Source of the DNA: Spirochaetia bacterium
Lineage (GTDB): Bacteria > Spirochaetota > Spirochaetia > UBA9216
DNA: 64,000 nt
Assembly: GCA_963677925.2 (NCBI GenBank)
Contig: CAXXYH010000003.1
Location: 1,440,001 to 1,504,000 of the forward strand
Direction of reading: 5' to 3'
The first letter of the stretch is position 1; each line of letters opens with the position of its first letter. Both the position numbers and the translations under genes were made by a program. Of the stretch, positions 9,546-19,862 are shown in pieces. The notes beneath the pieces were generated by a model, which did not search any database, was not told where the DNA came from, and saw only the letters and a list, made by a program, of their open reading frames with translations.

Positions 9546-10295
9546 TCAGCCTGTTAAGTATGTGAGAGTCAAAAAATCAGTATCCGCAACCGGATTAACC
9601 TCAATATCTTTTAATTTTACTTTCATTCCGATGTGTCTGGAAACAAGTTCTTCTATCTCCTGCTTGAGGATGTTATAGAATATCATTCTGTTCTGCTCTA
9701 CAATAGAGGCGTTTCGGCCTGAACGGAGAAGGGTTTTTTCAAAAACTGTCTGGACATTCAGACATCTAATTTCCAGCTGTTCCTGACCAATAAAAACGAC
9801 AATATCCCTGGGACCTTTTCCTGAATGCTTTTTTATTAAATTCATGAATTGAAATTTTATGGTTTTCTCTATTTCCTTCTTCTCCACTCCATTCAAATGA
9901 AGAACATTCCCTGTATTTTCCAATACAGATTCAGCAAAACGTTCAAGAGCCTCTTCAAGTTCCATCAATTCAATCGGTTTTATAATATATTTACTTATTC
10001 CAATATCAACGGTTTTTATAATGGAAGGAGCATCACTTAGCGCCGAAGTAATTATGACAGGATTTTGAAAGCCCGATTTCCTTACTTCTTCTATAAACTC
10101 AATCCCTCCCATATCAGGGATTACCAAATCTGTTAAAATAATATCAGGATTATATTTAAAGAACTTATCCAAAGCTTCCTTACCATTTGTTGCTGTAATA
10201 ACTTTGGTGAATCTTCTCTTTAAAAACACTGTCAGAGGTTCAAGAGTATCAACTTCATCCTCTATATATAAAATTCTCAAGTTATAATGCATCAT
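9546..10295 (-). CDS. Response regulator: REC domain plus C-terminal DUF2294/MpsC-like domain, no DNA-binding HTH
   Basis: REC motifs (YIEDE, ILTD phosphoacceptor, ITSA, KP). C-terminus KKHSGKGPRDIVVFI...TVFEKTL...VEQNR resembles the GKGP signature of DUF2294/MpsC. Start probably ATG 10295 or 10292, overlapping the kinase stop. Confidence 0.8.
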   Translation of the reverse strand: MMHYNLRILYIEDEVDTLEPLTVFLKRRFTKVITATNGKEALDKFFKYNPDIILTDLVIPDMGGIEFIEEVRKSGFQNPVIITSALSDAPSIIKTVDIGISKYIIKPIELMELEEALERFAESVLENTGNVLHLNGVEKKEIEKTIKFQFMNLIKKHSGKGPRDIVVFIGQEQLEIRCLNVQTVFEKTLLRSGRNASIVEQNRMIFYNILKQEIEELVSRHIGMKVKLKDIEVNPVADTDFLTLTYLTG

Positions 10296-12444
10296 GGTCT
10301 TTATCACTCTTATATACCGGTAAAATTATTCGGCACAATACACCTGTATTTACATTCTCAAAAGAAATACTTCCGTTTAAATGTTCTTCCACTATTATCC
10401 GTGACATATACAATCCAATTCCGGTACCGCCTCCGCCCGTTTTGGTGGTAAAGTATGGTGTGAATATATTTTCCAATATTTCTGATGGAATTCCAGGTCC
10501 GTTGTTCATTACCAAAACAGTAACCTTGGCGCCGCATTCAATTTCAATTTTTATATTCCTCTTATTCCTTGGGTTTTCCAGAAGTGCATCCTTCGAATTA
10601 TAAAGAATATTCGATATAACCTGAGAAAACTCATTGGAGCAACCCCAAACTTCTGCATCAGATTTCATATCGATTGAGATCTTTATATTTTCTATATTAA
10701 AGCTGTCTTCAATTAATTCTTTAGTAAAGAGAATATTCTTGTATACAGAGAAAATCTCTTTCTCGGCAGAAGGGCTAAGAAAATTTCTAAAGTTATCAAT
10801 TGTTTGAGACATCCTGATAATGATTTTCCTTGATTTGTCTATAACTTTACTAAGATAAGCCCCGTCAAAATTTCCATAAAAGTAAGAATCTTCAAGTTCC
10901 GATAATATAATCGAAAGACTGTTTAATGGCTGCCGCCACTGATGTGCTATATTGCCTATCATCTGTCCCAGCTTTGCCTGCCGTGACTGATAGATCATTA
11001 CAGCATCCCTCTGCCTGTTCAACTTCAATTCTTCGGAAACAAGATCTTCAAGCTTCAAATTCAACTGTTCAAGTTTATCAACAGATTCCTTCAGATTCTC
11101 ATCAACCAGTTGTTTCTCGCCGGTAATTCTCTCAATTGCCTCTGCAGCCTGAACGGCTGCATTTTGTGTCCTGTCGAATATTTTTTCAAGAAGAATATCC
11201 TTTGCTCCGATTCCGCCGGTAATTTCGAATTCTTCGATCATGTCGCTGATGATCGTCTGCATTGCGAACACTGAACGAAAAAATGCACCTAAATCATCAT
11301 CCCTGTTTCTAAGCGTTTCAGGAAAGGCATGAGTAAAATCACCTCTCTCAATAATCTTCAACTGCTGGGCTGCACTATCTATGGTTTTTGACAGTTTGTT
11401 TGAGAACAGATAGGCAGTCGAAATTGCAAGAATTATGCTTAACAGTGTAAAGAAGATAATGTATGCTGCAAGCTTGTCTATCGGTCTGTAAATTTCCGCT
11501 CTTGGGGGAATAATTACAAGAATCCAGTCATTAGACAGTTTACAGTAGCCCAGAATCTCATCTTTATCTTCACCCCTGTATTCTACTACTCCGGACCTGG
11601 AATTGAGGTTTGATGTTTCAAGGAATTTAAACATACCGTTTTTAAACTGATTTATCTCAACAGTCTCTGAGGAGTCGGGATCAACAAGCACTTTGCTGCC
11701 GTCTTCATTTAATAGAAATGCATAACCGGTTTTAAAAACTTCCATATTCTGAATAGTTTTTAATATATACTCAAAGTTTATATCGATTCCAACAACACCG
11801 ACAACAGAATCTTCAATTATTACTGGCACTACGTATGAAATAATTTTTATATCAAGCCCTATTTCAGAATAAGGTTCAAACCATATCGGCCGTTTGGAAT
11901 TCATTGTTTCATAAAGATATTTCATACCCTCATTTTCAGTATCCATAAAATAGTTCTTGGAAGGATAGTCTGAGTACAGATCCGGATTATCTATCGTGTA
12001 CCTGCTAATAAGCTCTGTAGTTATTTTATACAGATTCCCGTCACCCGTAATATCCGCAAACCAGATTTCTTCGGGCTCTGCAGTCATATACGGATTAAAA
12101 GTAATATAGACGCCTTCAGGTTCTTTGTAGTTGGAGAGCATATTCTCCAATATTTTCTCCAGTTCCATTTTATATCCGATAAGATAATCAGGATCTACTA
12201 TAAACTCGTTCATATTGAAACCTGATTTTACTATTGCCTGCAGCGCATCTACATAACTTTCAGTTCTTTTGAGGTTCTGGCTGAACTCATTTGCATAACT
12301 TCTGGCCATATATACAAGATTGTTTGATGATTCATGTTTTATATAGCCGGCACTCTGGCGCAGACTAAATCCTCCTACCAGAGTAGAAGTCAGGACAGCA
12401 CATCCTACGATTATACTCATTATCCTGGAACTGACTTTTTTCAC
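10282..12444 (-). CDS. Sensor histidine kinase (TM-dCache-TM-HAMP-HisKA-HATPase)
   Basis: Two TM segments, Cache motif WFEPY...GID, H-box IAHQWRQPLN, N-box NILYNSKDA, NNGPGI, FTPYFTTK, GTGIGL. Confidence 0.93.
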   Translation of the reverse strand: MKKVSSRIMSIIVGCAVLTSTLVGGFSLRQSAGYIKHESSNNLVYMARSYANEFSQNLKRTESYVDALQAIVKSGFNMNEFIVDPDYLIGYKMELEKILENMLSNYKEPEGVYITFNPYMTAEPEEIWFADITGDGNLYKITTELISRYTIDNPDLYSDYPSKNYFMDTENEGMKYLYETMNSKRPIWFEPYSEIGLDIKIISYVVPVIIEDSVVGVVGIDINFEYILKTIQNMEVFKTGYAFLLNEDGSKVLVDPDSSETVEINQFKNGMFKFLETSNLNSRSGVVEYRGEDKDEILGYCKLSNDWILVIIPPRAEIYRPIDKLAAYIIFFTLLSIILAISTAYLFSNKLSKTIDSAAQQLKIIERGDFTHAFPETLRNRDDDLGAFFRSVFAMQTIISDMIEEFEITGGIGAKDILLEKIFDRTQNAAVQAAEAIERITGEKQLVDENLKESVDKLEQLNLKLEDLVSEELKLNRQRDAVMIYQSRQAKLGQMIGNIAHQWRQPLNSLSIILSELEDSYFYGNFDGAYLSKVIDKSRKIIIRMSQTIDNFRNFLSPSAEKEIFSVYKNILFTKELIEDSFNIENIKISIDMKSDAEVWGCSNEFSQVISNILYNSKDALLENPRNKRNIKIEIECGAKVTVLVMNNGPGIPSEILENIFTPYFTTKTGGGGTGIGLYMSRIIVEEHLNGSISFENVNTGVLCRIILPVYKSDKDHDAL

Positions 12445-12579
12445 ACTCTATCCCCGGTGGCTGCAGAATATGTTCCCTACATCGATATATAGCATGTTAC
12501 TATTATTAAGAAAAACTTTCGGAATGTCTGCATACATAAACTCTTCCTAGAGAAATATCAGAATCAAATTCATTATATA

Positions 12580-13545
12580 TTACTGATTGAAGATAGCGGA
12601 TATCCAGACATCAGCCAGAACCGGCCATAGAGCAACTTCTTTATTCATTCTTCTATTGTATAATTCAAAATTCAAGTTTTTAAAATATTCAACGATTTCA
12701 AAAGCCTTAGTACTGAGTGCAATCTCATTACGCTCGACTGCTTCTAATACCTTTTTAATCTGTGCTAGCGTATAATCATCACCCCAGCGTCCTGCCGCCC
12801 AGTCTTCATCAGCAAGCGATAACCCATGTTCTCCCTCGGAAAAAATATGAAGCGCCTGTTTAACTCCTGCTCTCCTGCAGGCCTCTGAAAACATAATACT
12901 GTTTTCAGGCGGAACAAGCTCATCCGCGGCTGTATGCCATAAAAAGCATGGCGGAGTATTTTGGGTTACATGTTTTTCCAGAGACATGTAATCAAGCATC
13001 TCAGGATCTGGATCTTCACCAAGCAGCGCAGTAAATGATTCAGCATGCCCGAGCTTTCCGCTGCTGATAACGGGATAGCAGAGTACAGAAGCATCAGGCC
13101 GGTTTGAAAAACTGCTGTAAGCCTCTTCAGTATCAGCAATATCATCAAAGTGAACAGATAAACCTGCGCACAGATGCCCTCCAGCCGAGAATCCGCAGAG
13201 AATTACTCCTGTATGATCAATTTTAAACTTGTCCGCATTCAGCCTGAGATACCTTACAGCCCTTGAGATATCCTTCAGAGGCTGCATTTTCAGAGGTGAT
13301 GTCAGAAGAGGGTTTGTTGTATAGCTTAGAACAAAGCAGTTATATCCCATTGAATAGAATTTAAGAGCCGTTATTTCCGCTTCAGTGGGAGAAACTGACA
13401 TATAGCCGCCGCCGGGAACGACCAGCATGCAGAGACGCTTTGACTCACCTTCATGAATATAGCTGACAATATTAGGTACAAAACCGAATGCAGCGGGATA
13501 ATTATATTCAGATTCAGCCCAAAGCCTGTAAACACCGGTTTCCAT
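12580..13545 (-). CDS. Alpha/beta hydrolase (acetyl/carboxyl esterase, BD-FAE-like)
   Basis: PGGGY oxyanion motif, GFSAGG nucleophile, D(ELV) and HGL catalytic residues. Confidence 0.88.
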   Translation of the reverse strand: METGVYRLWAESEYNYPAAFGFVPNIVSYIHEGESKRLCMLVVPGGGYMSVSPTEAEITALKFYSMGYNCFVLSYTTNPLLTSPLKMQPLKDISRAVRYLRLNADKFKIDHTGVILCGFSAGGHLCAGLSVHFDDIADTEEAYSSFSNRPDASVLCYPVISSGKLGHAESFTALLGEDPDPEMLDYMSLEKHVTQNTPPCFLWHTAADELVPPENSIMFSEACRRAGVKQALHIFSEGEHGLSLADEDWAAGRWGDDYTLAQIKKVLEAVERNEIALSTKAFEIVEYFKNLNFELYNRRMNKEVALWPVLADVWISAIFNQ

Positions 13546-13778
13546 CTTAACATTATAGATCTGAAAACCTTATCGATGTAGCGGAGATTATTGATATATG
13601 TGTTCAAAAATTGATATTCAGGTAAAAAAATACCCATGGAAAGACCACTTGTCCAAAGCCCTTCCATGGGGGAAGTGAACCTGTTACCAGGTTAAATAGT
13701 ATGATGTACACAATATAGTCTCTAAATGTGTGAATTCTGTGAACAAAATCTGTATATTATTTGTAGAAAGGAAATAAT

Positions 13779-14165
13779 ATGTTAAAAGGAATACATCACG
13801 CAGCAGTTATCTGCTCTGACTATGAAAAATCAAAAAACTTTTATGTAAATATACTCGGCCTGGAGGTAATTGCTGAAAACTACAGAGAAAAAAGGGATTC
13901 ATACAAGCTGGATCTTAAACTGCCGGATAATACACAGATTGAATTGTTTTCTTTTCCTGACTCACCGGCACGACCAAGCTATCCTGAAGCAAGGGGATTA
14001 AGGCATCTGGCATTTACTGTGGAATCTGTGGAAGAATCATCAGCATATCTGATTGAAAACGGTATAGAGGTTGAAGGCATACGCATTGATGAGTATACCG
14101 GAAAAAAGTTTACCTTTTTCAAAGACCCTGATGATCTTCCGCTGGAAATTTATGAGTTGCGGTGA
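13779..14165 (+). CDS. VOC/glyoxalase family protein (YaeR-like)
   Basis: IHHAAVICSDY, IELFSF, GLRHLAF, FFKDPDDLPLE. Confidence 0.92.
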   Translation: MLKGIHHAAVICSDYEKSKNFYVNILGLEVIAENYREKRDSYKLDLKLPDNTQIELFSFPDSPARPSYPEARGLRHLAFTVESVEESSAYLIENGIEVEGIRIDEYTGKKFTFFKDPDDLPLEIYELR

Positions 14166-14240
14166 GACTTAATTACCGCAGGGGTAAACGGCAGCCGGCA
14201 GAGACTGTATAGATGCCGCGCTGATTCCGATAAAATAAAC

Positions 14241-15077
14241 TTATAAAGTCCCACGCAGTCTCGGATCAAGTGCATCACGCAGACCGTCCCCGATAAAGTT
14301 AAGAGACATTACCAGCATAACTATGCATATTCCAGGTGAAACTGCCAGTATGGGAGCGTTCATAAGGTAGCTCTTGCCATCGCTTATCATCCCGCCCCAG
14401 GTAGCTGTCGGAGGTGTTATCCCGAGTCCGAGAAAACTCATTCCGGCCTCTGCAAGTATAGTAAAACCAACAGTCTGCATCATCATTATCAGCATAGGAG
14501 ACAGAGAATTATGCAGAACATGCTTGAAGATTATTCTCCAGCTGTTAGAGCCGATTACCTTCTGTGCAAGAATGTAATCCATTTCCTTGACACTTAATAC
14601 CTGAGCCCTCATAAGTCTTACATACCCGGGAATTGCAGTAACTCCTAAAATTATAGTCAGGTTCAAAACACCTCCGCCCAGAACAGCGGACAGGGCAATG
14701 GCAAGTATTATCTGCGGAACCGACATTATCATTTCAATTATCCTCATGATTACCGCATCAATAATACCTCCGAAATATCCGGAGACCATTCCAAGCACTG
14801 CTCCGATCACAGAAGCAACACCTACAGCCAGAACACCTATTAGAAGCGAAATTCTTGCTCCGAAAATCAATCTGGAGAGGATATCTCTTCCGAATTTATC
14901 GGTACCCAGTAAATGCTGTGATGAAGGCGATTTAAGTATGTTATACAAATCCTGCTTATTCGGATCATTAGGTGCAATATAATTTGCAAATAGAGCGAAA
15001 ATAATAAACATAAGAATAATTGCAGAACTAACTACAACGACTTTTCTCTGGAACATTGTTTTAAGTATTTTGTTCAT
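14241..15077 (-). CDS. oppC: Peptide/nickel-type ABC transporter permease (OppC/DppC)
   Basis: HLLGTDKFGRD, GLRDALDPR; multiple TM helices. Confidence 0.9.
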   Translation of the reverse strand: MNKILKTMFQRKVVVVSSAIILMFIIFALFANYIAPNDPNKQDLYNILKSPSSQHLLGTDKFGRDILSRLIFGARISLLIGVLAVGVASVIGAVLGMVSGYFGGIIDAVIMRIIEMIMSVPQIILAIALSAVLGGGVLNLTIILGVTAIPGYVRLMRAQVLSVKEMDYILAQKVIGSNSWRIIFKHVLHNSLSPMLIMMMQTVGFTILAEAGMSFLGLGITPPTATWGGMISDGKSYLMNAPILAVSPGICIVMLVMSLNFIGDGLRDALDPRLRGTL

Positions 15078-15089
15078 CTATTCAGTCCC

Positions 15090-16037
15090 CTATCCGTTAA
15101 CTCTGATACGCGGATCAATATATCCGTAAAGCAGATCTACAATAAAATTTGATGTACAGAAAACAAGTGAAACAATAAGGACGCAGGCTTGCAGCATAAA
15201 AAAATCTTTTGAGGCAACACTGTAAATTATCAATTGCCCCAACCCCGGCAGCTGAAAGACACTCTCAATGAATACCGAAGTGCCTATCATAACTCCGATT
15301 TTCATTCCCATCAGAGTTACAATTGTTACCATTGTATTTTTAAGTGCATGACCATAGATAACGTTGATTTCCTTTAATCCCTTCGAACGAGCAGTTCTTA
15401 TATAATCCTGCCTGACAACTTCAAGCATACTGGATCGTGTCTGGCGGGTAATAACTGATAGGTTAACAATACCCAGACAAACAACGGGCAGGATAGTCTG
15501 TTTAATGCTTTCTCCAAAATCCTCCCAGGGCCAGACGAAACCGAAGGCCGGAAGAAGTCTCAGCTTTACACTGAAAATCAAAATCAGAACTATTCCCAGC
15601 CAGAACATAGGAGTACAGGTTCCTATATTTGCAATAGCTGTTACAAGTGTATCTTTCCATGTACCCTTATTCACCGCTGTAAATATTCCCAGAACAATCC
15701 CAACGAACGTACTTGTCAGAAGAGCAATTATTGTAAAATAAAATGTTACGGGAATTCTGCTGGCAATTATTTCTGCTACTGGTTTATTGAATTTAAAAGA
15801 CATACCAAAATCACCATGCAGCACATTCCATAGCCAGTTAATATATCTGACGATAAATGGTTTGTCCAAACCCATATAATTATACGTTTCTTCATATTGC
15901 TGTTTTGTTGCATTTTCGCCGATCACAGCCGAAACCGGATCTCCCGGTATCAAATAAAGCAATAAAAAAGAAAAGAAAGACACGAGCAGCAGTACAATTA
16001 CAGTTTGAACGACTCTCTTTCCAATAAACCCAATCAT
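15090..16037 (-). CDS. oppB: Peptide/nickel-type ABC transporter permease (OppB/DppB)
   Basis: PGDPV, DYIRTARSKGL, ESVFQLPGLG, DPRIR. Confidence 0.9.
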   Translation of the reverse strand: MIGFIGKRVVQTVIVLLLVSFFSFLLLYLIPGDPVSAVIGENATKQQYEETYNYMGLDKPFIVRYINWLWNVLHGDFGMSFKFNKPVAEIIASRIPVTFYFTIIALLTSTFVGIVLGIFTAVNKGTWKDTLVTAIANIGTCTPMFWLGIVLILIFSVKLRLLPAFGFVWPWEDFGESIKQTILPVVCLGIVNLSVITRQTRSSMLEVVRQDYIRTARSKGLKEINVIYGHALKNTMVTIVTLMGMKIGVMIGTSVFIESVFQLPGLGQLIIYSVASKDFFMLQACVLIVSLVFCTSNFIVDLLYGYIDPRIRVNG

Positions 16038-16127
16038 TATTACCTCCGCTTCTCCAATAACTGATTAATATAAAGTATTTAAATTAATCATTTTCACATT
16101 AAGAAATATTTACTTTTTGAAATTTCC

Positions 16128-16167
16128 TGCAATACAGCCCGCAGTGTTTAAGCCGCGGGGTATTGCA
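16128..16167 (-). terminator. Stem-loop after the substrate-binding protein gene (partial terminator or stabiliser)
   Basis: TGCAATAC..CCCGC / GCGGG.GTATTGCA inverted repeat between oppA and oppB. Confidence 0.45.
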
Positions 16168-16180
16168 ATTATAAGCTTAT

Positions 16181-17821
16181 TTATTCATCTATCTTCATTT
16201 CTTCCGGAGTCCACTGGATTCCTATTCGTCCGAACCCTGTAAGTCTTTCACTGGAAAACAGGTTTGAACCAAATGCCATCGTACCAATCAGAAGGTCTTC
16301 ATAACCTATGTAATAAGTAAGGGCTTTGAGTGATTCAAGACTGTCGCCCTTTGCTGTAGTCAGAGAATAATTCAGCAGCTCCGGCATTGTCATGCCTGCA
16401 TATTCAGCATATTCAGATGGAAGTTTATCTCTGGTAATAACCTGAGTTCTGTCAATTCCTTTGACATACTGAGTAGGACTATCCGAGAAAACAATTCCGT
16501 AATAATCAAGCGGATTTATATAGATACCGGTCAACTGGACAATCATGCCTTCCCATGCATCACCGTTAACGCCCATCATCTGAGCGATCTCTGAATACTG
16601 AACAATCTTTAATTCAATATCTATAAAGATTTCTCTAAGCATACCCTGCACTGCAGTTGCAAAAGGAAGATTCTGCGAAGTTGTCCATAAGGCAATTTTG
16701 CACAGATTAGAATCGCTGTATCCCTTTGAAGACATTATCTTTTTAGCAGCTTCTACGTCATATCCCCGAATATCATCAAGTTCTTTAACATATGCTGAGA
16801 CAGACGGATCAATCCATTGGGTCGAAGGTGCATCAATTCCGAATGATAAAGCTGCAACAAGTGCGTTTCGATCAAGTCCGAAAGAGACAGCCTTTCTTAT
16901 TTCAGGATCGTAGAGCGGATTATCAACTTTGGCTCCATTTACGGTTACAGTCTTATCTTTACTGTTCGGGATAAGAGCTCTGGTTGCAGCCGGAAACTGT
17001 ATTGCTTCATTAACATATCCCATATCCTGCAGTTCTTTTGAAACAGAGCTGTCTGTCGGTGCATAGAGATCAACATCTCCAGACAAAAACTGAGTCTTTG
17101 CTATAGTCTGATCTGGCTGCGGAATAATATAGATCTCGTCAATCATCGGCTTACCCGGCATTCTGTAGTTAGGATTCTTTACAAAAGTCAGACTGGAAGC
17201 AGGTACCCATTCACCAAGCATAAAAGGTCCTGTTCCAACAGGATGAGATTTAGCGTAAATCTTTCTGTCCTCTTCTGTAGCACCGCCTTTTTCATAAGCA
17301 GTCGGGGATGCTATTACCCTTGCAGCAATTTGTGCCAGAATGTTGTTTCTCCATTGATCCCATTTGCAGACAACGTTTCCATCGGAATTAACAGTAATCT
17401 CAGGTTTTCCGAATTCATTTCTTCCGGCTTCCATCCATTTTTCAAAGTTCCATTTGATGGCTTCTCCGTCACATACTGTTCCATCTGAAAACTCGACACC
17501 GTCTCTTACAACAATGGTGATTGTTTTAGAAGCCGGATCAATAATAAAGTCTTCAGCAAGGAAAGGCTTTGTATTGCCTTTTTCATCATATCGACCTAGC
17601 TGTTCATAAACCAGCTGATAGAGAATCAACTCATTAGCTGTCCCCTGATCCGGCGGAAAGAAGCTTTGCGGCTCGGTATGGATCATTTTCATAACGAGAG
17701 GACCTGATGATTTTTCAGAGACAGATGAACCTGTTTCTTCCTTTGAATTGGAACAACCTAGAACTCCGATAATCAGAAAGCTGATAACAGCAATCCTGAA
17801 AAACAATGTTCCCTTTTTCAT
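16181..17821 (-). CDS. oppA: ABC transporter substrate-binding lipoprotein, family 5 (OppA/DppA-like)
   Basis: Start at ATG 17821 (MKKGTLFF...VLGC lipobox); FSDGT, PVGTGPF, KNPNY motifs. Confidence 0.88.
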   Translation of the reverse strand: MKKGTLFFRIAVISFLIIGVLGCSNSKEETGSSVSEKSSGPLVMKMIHTEPQSFFPPDQGTANELILYQLVYEQLGRYDEKGNTKPFLAEDFIIDPASKTITIVVRDGVEFSDGTVCDGEAIKWNFEKWMEAGRNEFGKPEITVNSDGNVVCKWDQWRNNILAQIAARVIASPTAYEKGGATEEDRKIYAKSHPVGTGPFMLGEWVPASSLTFVKNPNYRMPGKPMIDEIYIIPQPDQTIAKTQFLSGDVDLYAPTDSSVSKELQDMGYVNEAIQFPAATRALIPNSKDKTVTVNGAKVDNPLYDPEIRKAVSFGLDRNALVAALSFGIDAPSTQWIDPSVSAYVKELDDIRGYDVEAAKKIMSSKGYSDSNLCKIALWTTSQNLPFATAVQGMLREIFIDIELKIVQYSEIAQMMGVNGDAWEGMIVQLTGIYINPLDYYGIVFSDSPTQYVKGIDRTQVITRDKLPSEYAEYAGMTMPELLNYSLTTAKGDSLESLKALTYYIGYEDLLIGTMAFGSNLFSSERLTGFGRIGIQWTPEEMKIDE

Positions 17822-17832
17822 ATACACACTCC

Positions 17833-19836
17833 TTAGATAATATTTACGCAACTAACATAATGCTGCGTATTAATTTCTTTTAATGGCGGCTGAATAGAAC
17901 AGGCTTCAGTTGCATTAGGACACCTGTCAAAAAACACGCACCCTTCAGTCTTTTTCAGTAAGCTGCTCACCTCACCTTTTACAGAATCAATATTTCGATT
18001 TTTCTCAATCTCCGGATCCGGTACAGGAATAGCAGAAAGCAGAGATTTAGTATAAGGATGTACAGGATTTTTATATAACTCATCGCAGTCAGCAGCTTCA
18101 ACAACTCTGCCCATATACATGACTATTATTCTGTCACTGATATGTTTTACAACAGACAGATCATGTGCTATGAACATATATGTAAGGCCCAGGTCAGCCT
18201 GAAGTTTTTCAAGCAAATTTATAATCTGTGCCTGTATCGATACGTCGAGGGCCGAGATGGGTTCATCACAAATAATAAAATCAGGGTTACTTGCGAGTGC
18301 TCGTGCTATTCCTATACGCTGCCTCTGCCCTCCTGAAAACTCATGAGGAACTCTCTCTGAGAGTTCCGGAGATAAACCGACTAGCGTGAGGATCTCGGAA
18401 ACCCGTTTACTGTATTCTTCCTTGTTATTATAAATTCTGTGAACCAGCAGCGGCTCACCTACTATGCTTCCTACAGTTTGTCGCGGGTCCAGGGAACTGA
18501 AAGGGTCCTGAAATATCATCGACATTTTGCTTCGGTATTTGCGCATCTTTGATTCAGACAAACCTGTAATATCTTCGCCGTTAAAAATTATCCGGCCTGA
18601 TGTTGGTTCATACAGTTTTAAAATAGTTTTAGCAAGTGTTGTTTTTCCGCATCCTGATTCTCCGACAACGCCAACAGTCTCGCCTTTCCGTATTTTAAAC
18701 GAAACTTTTTCAACGGCTTTGAGCTCAACCTTCGATTTTGTAATAAAAGATTTTGATAATTCTTCAAGACTTATTATTACCTTTTCTTCGATCACCTTTT
18801 GGGAAACCATCCTGGAATCTGCTGAAAGCTCTTCATCTTCCCTGCCGGCATAATAGCAGGCACATTTATGTGTAAGGCTGCCGTTAAACTCAGATAATTC
18901 AGGAACACCGTCATTTTTACACTTTTCTCCCGCATAAAGACATCTCGGAAGAAACATGCACTCCTCACCCCGCAATGCAAGATTCGGCGGCATACCATCG
19001 ATTGGTATAAGCACCCGCTCTTTTGAGTCATCAAGCCTGGGGATAGCTTTCAACAGTCCTTTAGTATAAGGATGAACCGGAGATTTAAAAATCTCCAGAC
19101 AGTCTCCTTCTTCTACAACATTGCCGGCATACATCACATAAATTCTATCTGCATATCTGGCCACAATGCCCAGATTATGAGTAATGATGAACAATGCCAG
19201 ATTTCTTTTTCTGACTATATTTTTCAGAAGTTCCAGAATCTGTGACTGCATAGTTACATCCAGAGCAGTAGTCGCCTCATCTGCAATTATAATTTCCGGC
19301 TCAGCAGCAAGAACCATCGCAATCATTACTCTTTGCCTCATTCCGCCGCTGAACTGGTGCGGATAATAGTCAAACCTGTCTTCAGCGTCCGGAATTCCTA
19401 CCTCTGTAAGAAGTTCAATCGCCCTTCTTTTTGATTTTTCGGAATCATACTTCAAATGCAGTTTGATTGACTCAGTGATTTGCCTTCCGATAGTGTAGAG
19501 CGGATTCAGCGAGGTCATCGGTTCCTGAAAAATCATACCGATTTTACCTCCGCGAATATTTCTCATCTTCTCACTTCCGGCAGGATAATCAGAGATATCG
19601 ATTCCGTTTATCTTTACTGTTCCTCCCACAACCTTTCCGGGAGCACTTATCAGCTTCAGAAGGCTTAATTGGGTTACAGACTTACCGCTTCCTGATTCTC
19701 CTACTATTCCGACAGTCTCTCCCGAATCAATATAAAAGGAGACATTATTGGAAGCCACAACAGTTTTTCCATCCACAAAGAATTCAGTTTTAATATCATC
19801 AACATTAAGAATATGCTCCAAAATTAGTACCCCCAA
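17833..19836 (-). CDS. Fused double ABC ATPase (OppD-OppF)
   Basis: Two Walker A ([16 protein letters not shown]), two FSGG signatures, two oligopeptide C-terminal HPYT/Cys domains; start may be TTG at 19821. Confidence 0.92.
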   Translation of the reverse strand: MGVLILEHILNVDDIKTEFFVDGKTVVASNNVSFYIDSGETVGIVGESGSGKSVTQLSLLKLISAPGKVVGGTVKINGIDISDYPAGSEKMRNIRGGKIGMIFQEPMTSLNPLYTIGRQITESIKLHLKYDSEKSKRRAIELLTEVGIPDAEDRFDYYPHQFSGGMRQRVMIAMVLAAEPEIIIADEATTALDVTMQSQILELLKNIVRKRNLALFIITHNLGIVARYADRIYVMYAGNVVEEGDCLEIFKSPVHPYTKGLLKAIPRLDDSKERVLIPIDGMPPNLALRGEECMFLPRCLYAGEKCKNDGVPELSEFNGSLTHKCACYYAGREDEELSADSRMVSQKVIEEKVIISLEELSKSFITKSKVELKAVEKVSFKIRKGETVGVVGESGCGKTTLAKTILKLYEPTSGRIIFNGEDITGLSESKMRKYRSKMSMIFQDPFSSLDPRQTVGSIVGEPLLVHRIYNNKEEYSKRVSEILTLVGLSPELSERVPHEFSGGQRQRIGIARALASNPDFIICDEPISALDVSIQAQIINLLEKLQADLGLTYMFIAHDLSVVKHISDRIIVMYMGRVVEAADCDELYKNPVHPYTKSLLSAIPVPDPEIEKNRNIDSVKGEVSSLLKKTEGCVFFDRCPNATEACSIQPPLKEINTQHYVSCVNII

Positions 19837-19862
19837 AAAAGCTGTGTAAATTACAATTTATT

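Noticed and set aside
13633-13670. Inverted repeat CCCATGGAA...TTCCATGGG between the esterase and VOC genes, and overlapping ORF 13371-13667
   Set aside because: Single copy, no transposase or target duplication; the ORF overlaps the esterase start and has no recognisable motifs.
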